DNA of 64,000 nucleotides from a virus. Made by a program: the position numbers and the translations under genes. Positions 40,950 through 51,086 of the stretch are shown in pieces. The notes beneath the pieces were generated by a model. The model was not told where the DNA came from and searched no databases. It saw nothing but the letters and a program-made list of their open reading frames with translations. The stretch lies in the IMG/VR virus record IMGVR_UViG_3300007513_000009. The stretch is one strand, 5' to 3'. Within the stretch, counting starts at the first letter, position 1, and each line of letters begins with the position of its first letter.

Positions 40950-42311
40950 ATGATAAGAGATATAAATGATTATTTAGATGATAGATATGAACATGAACAA
41001 TATGATTATAAGATATTGCTTTATGGGAACTATACTTATCGTGATAATTTGGAGGCTGATAGTTTGGTGGAGGTGTTACGGCATGTTCTACCTTATATGA
41101 GTAAACGATGGAATATACACTTCACACTTCTTATACCAGAATTTGTTAAGTCTTTGAATTTTCCAAATGTTGAACAGAGAATGTACACACTACCGACATA
41201 TATCAATACAATGAGACAGCATTTTGATACAAAACAATTTATGTCACATGTTGATTGGAAGAGAAATGATTTTGACATAGTGTATTCACATTTGCCAGAA
41301 CATACACTTCAGATGGCTAATTGCTTATACAATAATTCAAATCTCAAACCTAAATTTATTGGTTATTCACATTGGTTTGAGGTACCTGAAAATGCACCAT
41401 ACGGTGATAGGGCTGGAGTTCATAAGGATTTTCCTGCTAGAGCATTGTACGAAAGTGTGGCTGGTCTACTTATGATGGATGAATGTGGAGTAAATAGTAA
41501 TTGGTTAAAACAGAAAACGATTGAAAATGCAGCTCATCATTGGAATGATAAAGTTATTAATAGATTACATGAGATTATTCAACCACATTATTTGGGTGTA
41601 GATAGAATTAATGTAAGAGATAAGTATGAGGATAAAACAGTAGTGTTCAATCATAGAGGTGCTGGATATACTGGATGGGAATGGTTCGTTAAAGTGGTTG
41701 ATGAAATTTGGGAACAAAGGCAAGATTTTAAAGTCTATACTACATTAACACAAGTAGATAGACCTTGGAATAAAAAAGTTAACTGTGAAACAAGAAATGA
41801 GTATATGGATTTTTTATCTAATGTTAAATTTGGAGTGGGAACATTCCAGACTTATTCTGCTTGGAGTATTTCTACCACAGATGGATTCTCTGTAGGAGTT
41901 CCTTATTTGTTACCGAATAAATTATGTTATCCTGAAATGACGAGTGTGGTAAAAGATCCTTATCCTTTCTTATATGATGATAGAAAAGATTTTAAGAATA
42001 AATTCAATACAATGTTAGATGGTGAGATAGATTACGATACTACTACATTAGCTAAAAATATGATGTGGGAAGAGCGTATATCAAAGTGGTTTAATAATTG
42101 GGATAATGTATTTAACTTAGATGCGGTACGTGAAACTGAAAGCGTATTGAAAATTAGGGATTTCATAGAGAGAAAGAGATTCGTAACTAAAAAAGAAATA
42201 TTGGAATACCTTGGATGGGGTGTTAGAATAGGTTTTAATGGTTATAGGAATGCTCTCAGAAAGTATGATGAAATCAAATTTACAAAACATGGATATGAAT
42301 GGAGAGATTAA
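40950..42311 (+). CDS. GT-B glycosyltransferase, possibly DNA-modifying
   Basis: DIVYSHLPEH, VFNHR, WSISTTDGFSVGVPY...YPEM. Confidence 0.7.
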   Translation: MIRDINDYLDDRYEHEQYDYKILLYGNYTYRDNLEADSLVEVLRHVLPYMSKRWNIHFTLLIPEFVKSLNFPNVEQRMYTLPTYINTMRQHFDTKQFMSHVDWKRNDFDIVYSHLPEHTLQMANCLYNNSNLKPKFIGYSHWFEVPENAPYGDRAGVHKDFPARALYESVAGLLMMDECGVNSNWLKQKTIENAAHHWNDKVINRLHEIIQPHYLGVDRINVRDKYEDKTVVFNHRGAGYTGWEWFVKVVDEIWEQRQDFKVYTTLTQVDRPWNKKVNCETRNEYMDFLSNVKFGVGTFQTYSAWSISTTDGFSVGVPYLLPNKLCYPEMTSVVKDPYPFLYDDRKDFKNKFNTMLDGEIDYDTTTLAKNMMWEERISKWFNNWDNVFNLDAVRETESVLKIRDFIERKRFVTKKEILEYLGWGVRIGFNGYRNALRKYDEIKFTKHGYEWRD

Positions 42312-42464
42312 AATGAACAATTTTATGAAGGCAATGGATACTCTTAAAAGCTGGATAGGAAGTTATGAGAGTTTAGATAATAAAAAAGTGCGGGAGCCCA
42401 AATGGGCACCAGCATCAGAGTTTGGTGCTCGTAAAAAACGTAAATATACAAGGAAAAAGAAGTA

Positions 42465-43061
42465 ATGGTATTAGATAGTTTATTAACAGGAGTAATGTTA
42501 TTCACTTCGTTTGCGGTGAGAACACCAAATGTACAACCAAATCCAGATGATTATGAGGTTAGTATTGGGGTGAGTCATCCTGCGTATTACTTTAATCGTC
42601 AATGGGAGCGAGAACTTGGTGAACCTTATATTGATGATTTGGTTTGGTTGAAGTTAGATGCTAATAATCTTTATTTTAAACCAGAGTATATGGATAAACA
42701 AAGTCAGAAAATTAAGTATATGAAGATGGACTGGCGTAGAACTTGGATTGGTGCTACATGGGGATTTACTACTCGTTCCACTAATGATGCATTGGATGAG
42801 TATGAAACATTTGCTTCAGTTGGTATAAGTAAGAATAAGAAATATAGTAGTGATGTTATAGAAGTTGAAATATCATTTGATGGGTATCTACCACCTGATG
42901 AAAATGGTGAAACATATATTGAGAATTTTGAATACGAAGATAAATTCAGAATATCTTGGAAACTTACAGAAAAAGTTAGGCTCTACAATAGTGGTGAAGT
43001 TGCCAAGCTTAAAGGTAAAGATTATTATAAAGCTAAAATAGGGATAGAAGTATCGTTATGA
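42465..43061 (+). CDS. Putative outer-membrane beta-barrel protein
   Basis: Hydrophobic N-terminus, alternating beta strands, C-terminal YKAKIGIEVSL. Confidence 0.45.
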   Translation: MVLDSLLTGVMLFTSFAVRTPNVQPNPDDYEVSIGVSHPAYYFNRQWERELGEPYIDDLVWLKLDANNLYFKPEYMDKQSQKIKYMKMDWRRTWIGATWGFTTRSTNDALDEYETFASVGISKNKKYSSDVIEVEISFDGYLPPDENGETYIENFEYEDKFRISWKLTEKVRLYNSGEVAKLKGKDYYKAKIGIEVSL

Positions 43062-43708
43062 GTCAACCCGTAAATGTTATGCAATATCCAGATTATTTAA
43101 ATGAAGGGTTGGGTCTAGTTGAACCTATAAGATTAAGCAACCCATTAGTTTTTAAATCTCATTATGATGGGGATTTAAAACCTATGATGGATGAAGTTGA
43201 TATATTATTTAATCAGATTGAATATGGGAATATAGGTTTAGAGACTGGCAAAGCTAAAAGTACAGTAGACTTGGATAATCAATTACATATTAATCCAAAA
43301 TTTGCAGATTATTTTAAATGGAGTCTACCAAGAATAAAAGATGTTTTATCAATGTGGTCTTATGAAGTTAATGAATCATATGGCGTTGGTTGGGATTTTA
43401 AGAAAACTTGGGCTAATGAGCATTTAAAAGGTGGAGAAACCCTTGAACATCATCATGGGACAACAACTTTAGTTTTAACCATGTACCTAAACAAAGATAA
43501 TAATTCTGGAGATATATGGTTTATGGATCCTGAATTTATGATAAGAGCTAATGAGTATAATTCATTAGCTGCAGTAGGATGGAAAGCAATACCATGTAAG
43601 ATTGGGGATGTCTTTATGTTTCCTGGTTGGTTATTACATAGGTCGGGAATGAACTTTTCTGATAGTAGGAGAGTGGTTTTAACATCAAACATTGAAATAA
43701 TAAGGTAA
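43058..43708 (+). CDS. 2OG-Fe(II) oxygenase (phage TIGR02466-like)
   Basis: WAN...EHHH, SGDIWF.DP, GDVFMFPGWLLH, RVVLTSN. Confidence 0.85.
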   Translation: MSQPVNVMQYPDYLNEGLGLVEPIRLSNPLVFKSHYDGDLKPMMDEVDILFNQIEYGNIGLETGKAKSTVDLDNQLHINPKFADYFKWSLPRIKDVLSMWSYEVNESYGVGWDFKKTWANEHLKGGETLEHHHGTTTLVLTMYLNKDNNSGDIWFMDPEFMIRANEYNSLAAVGWKAIPCKIGDVFMFPGWLLHRSGMNFSDSRRVVLTSNIEIIR

Positions 43709-43712
43709 TAAA

Positions 43713-44456
43713 ATGATAAAAGAATTAACAGCAGAACAACTTGAAAATAATTGGGATAAACTTATTGATTTAATCAATACTACATTTGAAGGCGAGAGAT
43801 TAACAAATATGTTGGAGATGTATGATTATTTTGAAGAACGAATGGCTTTAGCACCTGCCAGTGGTAGAGAACATTATCATAGTGCCTATGCTGGTGGTTA
43901 TGTTGAGCATGTTTTGAATGTTACAGAATTTGCTATTCAATTGGCTGGGGTATGGAAGACAAATGGTGCTACTATAAATTTTACTCATGAAGAATTGGTG
44001 TTTGCTGCTCTACATCATGATTTGGGTAAGGTTGGTGATTTGGGTGAAGATTATTATATTATAAATGATTCAGATTGGCATCGTAAGAACCAAGGGTTAA
44101 TCTATAAACATAATCCTAACTTACAGTATATGACTGTAACTGATAGATCTATTTGGTTATTACAACACTTTAATATCAAAATGACAGATAATGAGTATAT
44201 TGGGTTAAGATTGACAGATGGGCTTTATGAAGAAGCTAATAAAAGTTATTATATAGGTTGGACACCAGAGAGATCATTAAGAACCAATATAGCTTATATA
44301 TTACATCAGGCTGATAGTATGGCGACTCATATTGAATTTGATATGTGGAAAAGGGGTGATTGGAATACACCACCACAAAAACCAAAAGTAAAAGAGGAAG
44401 TTACAGAGAAGTCTAAGAAGGCTAACGAATTATTTAAAGAATTATTTGATGATTGA
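43713..44456 (+). CDS. HD-domain phosphohydrolase (YhaM-like)
   Basis: HSAYAGGYVEH, LHHDLGK, LHQAD. Confidence 0.85.
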   Translation: MIKELTAEQLENNWDKLIDLINTTFEGERLTNMLEMYDYFEERMALAPASGREHYHSAYAGGYVEHVLNVTEFAIQLAGVWKTNGATINFTHEELVFAALHHDLGKVGDLGEDYYIINDSDWHRKNQGLIYKHNPNLQYMTVTDRSIWLLQHFNIKMTDNEYIGLRLTDGLYEEANKSYYIGWTPERSLRTNIAYILHQADSMATHIEFDMWKRGDWNTPPQKPKVKEEVTEKSKKANELFKELFDD

Positions 44457-44970
44457 TAAGGATTTAGAGAAAAAAAAATTAAATGCTGAATACAAATATT
44501 TAAAGGCAGAGTTGGAATATCAACAATCAATTTTTGATTCAGCACGAGGTAATTTTGATGATTACTTTAGAGATAAGTTAGATGCGGTGATGACAGGACA
44601 GGCTGCAGAAAAAGCTAAATCTGAAAAACCTAAATTGGAGAGGAAAGAAGAGGTTGATGTCATATATAAAAAGTTAGCACAAAAAGTTCATCCTGATAAA
44701 AAGACTGGGAACCATAAAGATTTCCAAAAATTAAAGGATAATGTTGATAGCTATGATTTGGATGGTTTAATTGATATGGCTCAGAAATATGATATTGATA
44801 TTGAAGAAGAGATAGATGAAATATCTTATTTATCTGTACAGATTCAAATGATAAAAGAACAACTTGATACTATGATGAAATCTCTTGTGTTACAATGGCA
44901 TAATACTTCTGAAGAAAAGAAACCACAACTTGAACAGATGATAATGTTTCAGTTTGGAAAAAAAGTTTAA
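44446..44970 (+). CDS. J-domain-like protein
   Basis: YKKLAQKVHPDK..G...FQKL. Confidence 0.7.
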   Translation: MMIDKDLEKKKLNAEYKYLKAELEYQQSIFDSARGNFDDYFRDKLDAVMTGQAAEKAKSEKPKLERKEEVDVIYKKLAQKVHPDKKTGNHKDFQKLKDNVDSYDLDGLIDMAQKYDIDIEEEIDEISYLSVQIQMIKEQLDTMMKSLVLQWHNTSEEKKPQLEQMIMFQFGKKV

Positions 44971-45035
44971 TTGTTTTGTATTTTCCGTGGTGGAAAATAT
45001 GATGGTATATGTAATATATTATATTTATTATTGAT

Positions 45036-45287
45036 ATGAACGGACAAGATAAGAAAGATTTAAATGTGATATTAGAAAGAATGGACCAAGCCGATAAGGA
45101 TAGAGATAAGATTCATCAAGACATTAAGTTCATTAAAGAGAATTTATTCAATCCACACAAAGGATTATGGACAGAGACTAAAATGAATTCCCAATTTAGA
45201 GAGAATACCGGTAAGTGGAGAAATGTATTAGGTGCTGGATTTTTTGCTTTATTGATTGATAGGGTATGGAGTTATATTGGTTCTTAA
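45036..45287 (+). CDS. Coiled-coil + C-terminal TM small protein (XhlA/holin-like architecture)
   Basis: Soluble helix followed by VLGAGFFALLI. Confidence 0.4.
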   Translation: MNGQDKKDLNVILERMDQADKDRDKIHQDIKFIKENLFNPHKGLWTETKMNSQFRENTGKWRNVLGAGFFALLIDRVWSYIGS

Positions 45288-45967
45288 TAAAAGTTTTATT
45301 TAAAATAAGTAAAGGGTTATATTGTGGCATTTTTTAATAAGAAAAAGAAAAAATCAATTTTACGGGGTGATAGAAGAAATCCTTGTAAAATATACATAAA
45401 TCAATATACTGATCTTGGGTTGGTGAGAAGAGAAACATTCGGTTTTGTGCAAGAAAGAAACAATAAGGCTCAAATGTATTATGTTATGACTGGCAACGAT
45501 GGTGATAAGCTGTGGTATCCATATAGTGATATAGAATTAATTAAAGGTCATTGGACAAATAAAAAAAGAAAAACTGAAGAGGATGATGTGGATGAACAAA
45601 AATAATATAGTTGATGTTTTAACTTTTTTTTATTTATTGTTAGCTCTGATAATTCTTTTGGTTTTGGCTCATGGATGTGTTAGTAATTTGACATATAAAG
45701 GTGATACTGTAAGTGGTGTAGTTCGTGTTCCCACAAAGGTAACGAGTTTTCCTTTAAAAGATCATAAAGGTGAGTTACATAAATACAAAGATAACATTGA
45801 TAGTTTTATATTTCCACGAGATAGTAAGAAACTTACTCAATATTGTGCATTTCATTTTGAGTGGGAAGATATTAGAGCGGTTTATAAAAAGGATAAGTAC
45901 GGTGAATGGGGTTATTCGTATATAGTAAAGAAAAATAAAAAAAGTTGGAAGTGATTTCAAAAAGATC

Positions 45968-45997
45968 TTGACTTGTATGGTGTTTTGTTGTTAAGTT
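45968..45997 (+). promoter_or_regulatory. sigma70-like promoter
   Basis: TTGACT-18bp-TAAGTT. Confidence 0.6.
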
Positions 45998-46015
45998 TAT
46001 GAAAATGAGTTAATA

Positions 46016-46471
46016 ATGAAAAATACAGTTATATTCGATTTGGATGGTACACTTGCCATCATAGATAAAAGACGTGAGTTGTCTCGTAAATTTAATGGTA
46101 AGATTGATTTTAAGATATTACACGATCCGTCTAACATACATTTGGATGAACCAAATGAGCCTGTGATTAAAATGGCACAGATGTTTGCGGAAGATGGTTT
46201 TAATATCTTTATATTTTCAGGTCGTTCAGATAAAACTATGTTTACTACTAAGTCTTGGTTAACTCATAATAAAGTACCATTTCATAAGTTGGTGATGAGA
46301 CCACATAAAACAATGAACTTTATTCCTGATGAAATATTGAAAAGAGATATGTTGGATACTCATGCAGATATTGATGATGTATTTTTAGTGGTAGATGATA
46401 GACAGAAAGTGGTTGATATGTGGAGAAATCTGGGACTTACGGTATTTCAGGTAGCTCCGGGAGACTTTTAA
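46016..46471 (+). CDS. HAD phosphatase, PNKP (PseT) 3'-phosphatase-like
   Basis: IFDLDGTL, SGR, LVMRP, DEILK, VDDRQKVVDMWR. Confidence 0.88.
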   Translation: MKNTVIFDLDGTLAIIDKRRELSRKFNGKIDFKILHDPSNIHLDEPNEPVIKMAQMFAEDGFNIFIFSGRSDKTMFTTKSWLTHNKVPFHKLVMRPHKTMNFIPDEILKRDMLDTHADIDDVFLVVDDRQKVVDMWRNLGLTVFQVAPGDF

Positions 46472-46475
46472 ATAT

Positions 46476-46546
46476 GCGGGTGTTGTATAATGGTATTACC
46501 CCAGCCTTCCAAGCTGGTGATGTCGGTCCGATTCCGACCATCCGCT
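46476..46546 (+). tRNA. tRNA-Gly(TCC), CCA not encoded
   Basis: Acceptor GCGGGTG/CATCCGC, anticodon arm CCAGC-CT-TCC-AA-GCTGG, T arm GTCGG-TCCGATT-CCGAC, U discriminator. Confidence 0.92.
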
Positions 46547-46574
46547 CAAAAATATATTTGTATTTAGGATTTTT

Positions 46575-47057
46575 ATGGATGTTTTAGTTCCTGATAGAGA
46601 ATCTATATTGTTACGATTGGGTAGATTGCGTGATTTGTGTGTAGAAACAGAGAGGGATAATCCTACAGATTCTCATTTATTTAGTAATCAATATGTAAAT
46701 GTTGAGGAGATGATAGATGAAGTAAGAGAGATACATACTGGTAGGAAAGCTCTGGATGTGGATAGCGAAAGAAAATTGATGATTGATATTATGAAAAGGG
46801 CAAATAAAATATGGAAGATTAGAAATAAAGTTAAAAATGGTGAAATTAAAGATTTAGATTTATTAGAGGTACATGAAACAGTAGAAGAGTTTTTATCTGA
46901 ACCAGATGTTCAAAAAATAAATGCCATTAAATATTATAGAGAAGTGATGACAACACATTTTGATGAAAAGGTTGGGTTGAAAGAAGCAAAAGATTATGTA
47001 GATGCTGTTCATAATGATATGAAGAATAGGCGGATTGCTAATGAGCCTAGGCTGTAA
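46575..47057 (+). CDS. Protein with C-terminal ribosomal L7/L12-CTD-like domain
   Basis: KINAIKYYRE...VGLKEAKDYVD. Confidence 0.65.
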   Translation: MDVLVPDRESILLRLGRLRDLCVETERDNPTDSHLFSNQYVNVEEMIDEVREIHTGRKALDVDSERKLMIDIMKRANKIWKIRNKVKNGEIKDLDLLEVHETVEEFLSEPDVQKINAIKYYREVMTTHFDEKVGLKEAKDYVDAVHNDMKNRRIANEPRL

Positions 47058-48180
47058 GTGGTACACAACAAAGAGTTAGCCAAGTATTTACGGAAACGGA
47101 TGGAAACACAAGACCAAGTAAATACTATATTTCATTTGATTAAAGTTCCAACCGAATCTGAGTTGGAGTTTTGGATACAACAATTTAAGACAAAAGATTG
47201 TTGCGGACATTCAGAATGGTCGGAAACATTTCAGAGAAATATTTGGATTAAAGATGAAGAAGATTAAATGGACATGGGAAGAGATTTATAAGTTGGGTAG
47301 AAACTCATATGATGCTGGTGTACGAATGGAATGTGAGAGATTAGCAGTTAAGATAGTAAAAGGTATACCATTAATAGAGAATGACATTAGATATTTAAAT
47401 AGAATAAATGATAATATTCTATCCAAAACTACCTAATGGAAATATACTGTGGAGTTGTGATAACTGCGATAACACAGCGGAAGTATCAGCGCCGGATACC
47501 AACGCTGTAGCATTAATATGTATGTGTGATGGTAAGGTTCATCCAGAATGTAACAACGATTGGTATTATAAAGGATTGTATTGGAATAGAATTCCAATGG
47601 AAAATAGAGAAAGATATAGAAAGGATAGGTAACATATGAAGATGGATAGAGCATACTTTAAGGAGAAGCATACAGGGAAGAAAGCGGGGGCACAGATGAC
47701 AAAGTGTTGTAATCAGTCTCGTGATAGGGATATTTTAAATAAGAAGAATCCAGAAGATTGGGAATTGATGGAAGCGTATTGTGAGAAGAGTCTATCACAA
47801 TCTTCAGGAACAGAATCTATTGAAATTGTGTGTTGTAAGAAATGTGGTAGGTTAATGAAGTATGTAAGTATCTTAAGATCGGAATATAGAGCATATGAAT
47901 AAATATTTAAAAAAATTAAGACATTTACAACACACTATGATTCATTGGGCGGAGGAAAATAAGATTCGTAAGAATAAAGGGAAATTCCAAATACCAAATC
48001 GTAAAGATGATATGGAATGGAAAGATGATTTTAAATATGTTAATAAGTTAGAGATGGATTTAAATGATGATATGCCACACCCATCAAGATTAAATAATGA
48101 TGAAATGAAAATGTGTAATGAGTTGTATAGGTTTTATAGTCAAGTATATATACCAAAACGAACATTTATTAAAGATATGT

Positions 48181-48255
48181 TAAAAAAGTGAAAATAAAGC
48201 TTGACTCGTATTGCATTTCTTTTGTATCTTCATATATGAAAAAAAGAGGAAAAAC
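48181..48255 (+). repeat. 75-bp direct repeat, copy 1 (promoter + RBS cassette)
   Basis: Identical to 48450-48524; contains TTGACT-18bp-TATCTT and AGAGG. Confidence 0.92.
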
Positions 48256-48256
48256 G

Positions 48257-48460
48257 ATGGAAAGGCAAATGGATATATTTGATTTACCCTCTGAATGGCA
48301 CGATGTGTTTAACTCAACTCCCACTCCTTATCCTTATAAATATGCAAATAACATATCTTTAGATGCTTATGTAAGAATGATAACCTGTGGTAAGGGATAT
48401 CCAAATGGTAAAATACCATCAGAAGTAGTTGAAAGATATAATAAATGCATAAAAAAGTGA
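48257..48460 (+). CDS. Small hypothetical protein flanked by direct repeats
   Basis: ATG right after the cassette RBS; stop codon lies within repeat copy 2. Confidence 0.6.
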   Translation: MERQMDIFDLPSEWHDVFNSTPTPYPYKYANNISLDAYVRMITCGKGYPNGKIPSEVVERYNKCIKK

Positions 48461-48524
48461 AAATAAAGCTTGACTCGTATTGCATTTCTTTTGTATCTTC
48501 ATATATGAAAAAAAGAGGAAAAAC
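48450..48524 (+). repeat. 75-bp direct repeat, copy 2 (promoter + RBS cassette)
   Basis: Identical to 48181-48255. Confidence 0.92.
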
Positions 48525-48530
48525 AATCAA

Positions 48531-50483
48531 ATGAAAAATTACTCCCCATATTCTTCTTTTTGGTTTGATAAAAAAGATACTGACATTGATGAATTGTTAG
48601 GTATTGAAAAGGAAAAACCAAAGAAGAATTATATTCAGATGGCTTCAAATCAAAGGGCTATCGCTAATTTTGTTCGTATCGTAAGTGGTAAGAATATTCC
48701 TGTCAACTATACAACTCGTGGAGATTCTTATACAGATGGGAAAAATGTTACTATTTCAGGTAATGTGAATGAGAAGAGTTTCGACCACATTGTTGGTCTT
48801 GCACTTCATGAAGGTAGTCATATTGCTTTTAGTGATTTTGAGGTTTTGAAGGATGCAATCAGAGGAGTTCCTGATAGTTGGAGTTATGAAGAAGCATCAT
48901 TTTTCAAAAATATGATTAATTTTGTTGAAGATAGAAGAATTGATACTAAGGTATTTAAATCTTCTCCTGGATATAAAGGTTACTACCATAGTCTTTATAA
49001 AAAGTATTTTCAAAATAATGCGATTAAAAAAGGGTTGAAATCAGGTGAGTTTCGTGAGTTGGATATCGAAAGTTATGAATTTCGTATCTTAGGTTTTATG
49101 GTAAAGGAATCAGATTTAGATGCACTACCAAAACTTCGTGAAATCTACAATATGATTGATTTGAGAAATATATCGAGATTAGATGGTAAACAAGATGTTG
49201 TTAATCTTGCTCTTGATATATGTAGTTTGGTTTTTCCAATGATTCCTAAAGGTGAAGGAAATTCTAACGGTTTACCAGAAGATGGTTCAGAAGAGTCAGA
49301 AAGTCCAGAAGGTGATGGTTCTCCTAAAGGTAGTGGTGATGGTACTGAGGTTGATACTGGTGATGCTGAAATGGTTCCTGATGATGGAAACTCTTCTGAT
49401 GAAACCATTGAATATGAAGAACTTAATGAAGCTCAGAAAAAATCACTTCATAAGGCTATTGAAAAAATGAAAGATTTATTGGATGGAAAAGCACCAAAAA
49501 GTAAACTTACTAAAAAAGATGCTCAGATGGTTAATTCGATGGCAAAGAGTGGTGCTGAGTTAGTTGAAGTTGGTGATAAGGGTTCATTAGGTACAACAAA
49601 ATGTGTTGTTATTCCTAATTATACTCAAGATATGATTGATTCAAATGCTTTTGATTTTTGTCAGAAACCTTGGATGTACAATAAAGAGAGTATTTCTGAG
49701 AGTAGATATGGAAAACCTATTTATGAAGGTCTTCGATTAGGAACTGTTTTGGGTAAAAAACTTAAAGTTCGTGGGGAAGAAAGAGATTTGATTTTCACTC
49801 GGCAGGATACAGGAAGGATTGATAAAAGACTTATCTCTGAGTTGGGTTTTGATAATGAAAGAGTATTTTCACAGACTTTTACGGAAAGATATAATAAAGC
49901 TAATCTTCATATTAGTATTGATGGGTCTGGTTCAATGAGTGGTCAGAAGTGGACTGATGCTATCACTTCTACGGTAGCTATTGTAAAGGCTGCTGAAATG
50001 GCTGGAAATATTAGAGTTGTTGTTAGTTTCAGATATACAGATGATAGACATCCTGTTTTGTTGATTGGTTATGATTCTAATAAAGATAAGATAAGTAAAA
50101 TAAAGAAATTGTGGCCATCACTTAGGGTTTGTGGAACAACTCCTGAGTCACTTTGTTATGAAGCTATGATGAAACATTTCTTAAGTCTTTCGAATAGTGA
50201 TGATAATTACTTCATCAATTATTCAGATGGGGCACCTTGGTTTGGTAATGATGATGTACATTATTCTGGTGGGGATGCGATTAGACATTGTAATAAAATG
50301 CTAAAAGTGATTCGTAATAATGGAATCAAAGTATTAAGTTATTTCATTAGTGAAGGTAATTACCATAGTGATTCGGATAGAACAACTTTTAATAAGATGT
50401 ATGGTAAGGATGCAGCTTTCATCAATACTAAAAATATGATGGAAGTAGCCAAAACAATGAATAATATGTTTCTGGCGAAATGA
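48531..50483 (+). CDS. HExxH metallopeptidase-like + acidic linker + vWA (MIDAS) protein (CobT-like)
   Basis: ALHEGSH, NFVEDRRI; DGSGSM, GTTPE, SDGAP. Confidence 0.85.
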   Translation: MKNYSPYSSFWFDKKDTDIDELLGIEKEKPKKNYIQMASNQRAIANFVRIVSGKNIPVNYTTRGDSYTDGKNVTISGNVNEKSFDHIVGLALHEGSHIAFSDFEVLKDAIRGVPDSWSYEEASFFKNMINFVEDRRIDTKVFKSSPGYKGYYHSLYKKYFQNNAIKKGLKSGEFRELDIESYEFRILGFMVKESDLDALPKLREIYNMIDLRNISRLDGKQDVVNLALDICSLVFPMIPKGEGNSNGLPEDGSEESESPEGDGSPKGSGDGTEVDTGDAEMVPDDGNSSDETIEYEELNEAQKKSLHKAIEKMKDLLDGKAPKSKLTKKDAQMVNSMAKSGAELVEVGDKGSLGTTKCVVIPNYTQDMIDSNAFDFCQKPWMYNKESISESRYGKPIYEGLRLGTVLGKKLKVRGEERDLIFTRQDTGRIDKRLISELGFDNERVFSQTFTERYNKANLHISIDGSGSMSGQKWTDAITSTVAIVKAAEMAGNIRVVVSFRYTDDRHPVLLIGYDSNKDKISKIKKLWPSLRVCGTTPESLCYEAMMKHFLSLSNSDDNYFINYSDGAPWFGNDDVHYSGGDAIRHCNKMLKVIRNNGIKVLSYFISEGNYHSDSDRTTFNKMYGKDAAFINTKNMMEVAKTMNNMFLAK

Positions 50484-51086
50484 AGAGGCATGTTCCATTA
50501 AAACAAATTTGGGATACATTTAATATAACACCAATGTCTGCGGACGAATTTAAAGCAAGAAGAAAACCACAAGTGAGACATACACATGTAGGTAAATTGA
50601 AGATACTTCAAATGCAGATGGAGAATTGGGCTTGGGATATGAATGAACGAGGATATTATTATTCACAAGATGATAAATTTAAAAATGATTATAAATGGGT
50701 TGAAGATTTGATAGATGATTTGCATGAAAGAGGTAAGAACGGAACTAAATTATCAGAACGGATAATTGCAAATCAAATGTGGAATAGCTATGATGGGAAA
50801 AAGTCTTCTATATGAGTCAGTTTGAAGAAATTAGTTGTAAGGTGTTGGGAATTATAATTTTTATATTGTTTGTGATTATTTTAGTGAGAATATATTGATA
50901 AAGTGGTTAGTTAAAAAATGGTATAAACATAGTCCAGAATGTCATTGTGGTTGGACTATGAAACCATTTGAAAAATATACTGATAGACATCAATGGAAAT
51001 GTATATGGAAAGATTGTAGCTGGGAAGCATTTGAAGATTCTAATGGCAAATTACATTGGTGGAAAAGGATAAAATGAGGTAATTAA

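Noticed and set aside
48181-48524. Direct repeats as a possible CRISPR array or IS ends
   Set aside because: Only two adjacent 75-bp copies with a coding spacer; no cas or transposase; content is promoter + RBS.
48188-48530. ORF-track starts MKIKLDSYCISF (48188) and MHFFCIF (48480), similar text at 34489 and 54408, and minus ORFs 48309 and 60601 that look like a shared peptide family
   Set aside because: These are translations of the repeated promoter cassette. Real starts are the ATGs after the RBS (48257, 48531, 60701).
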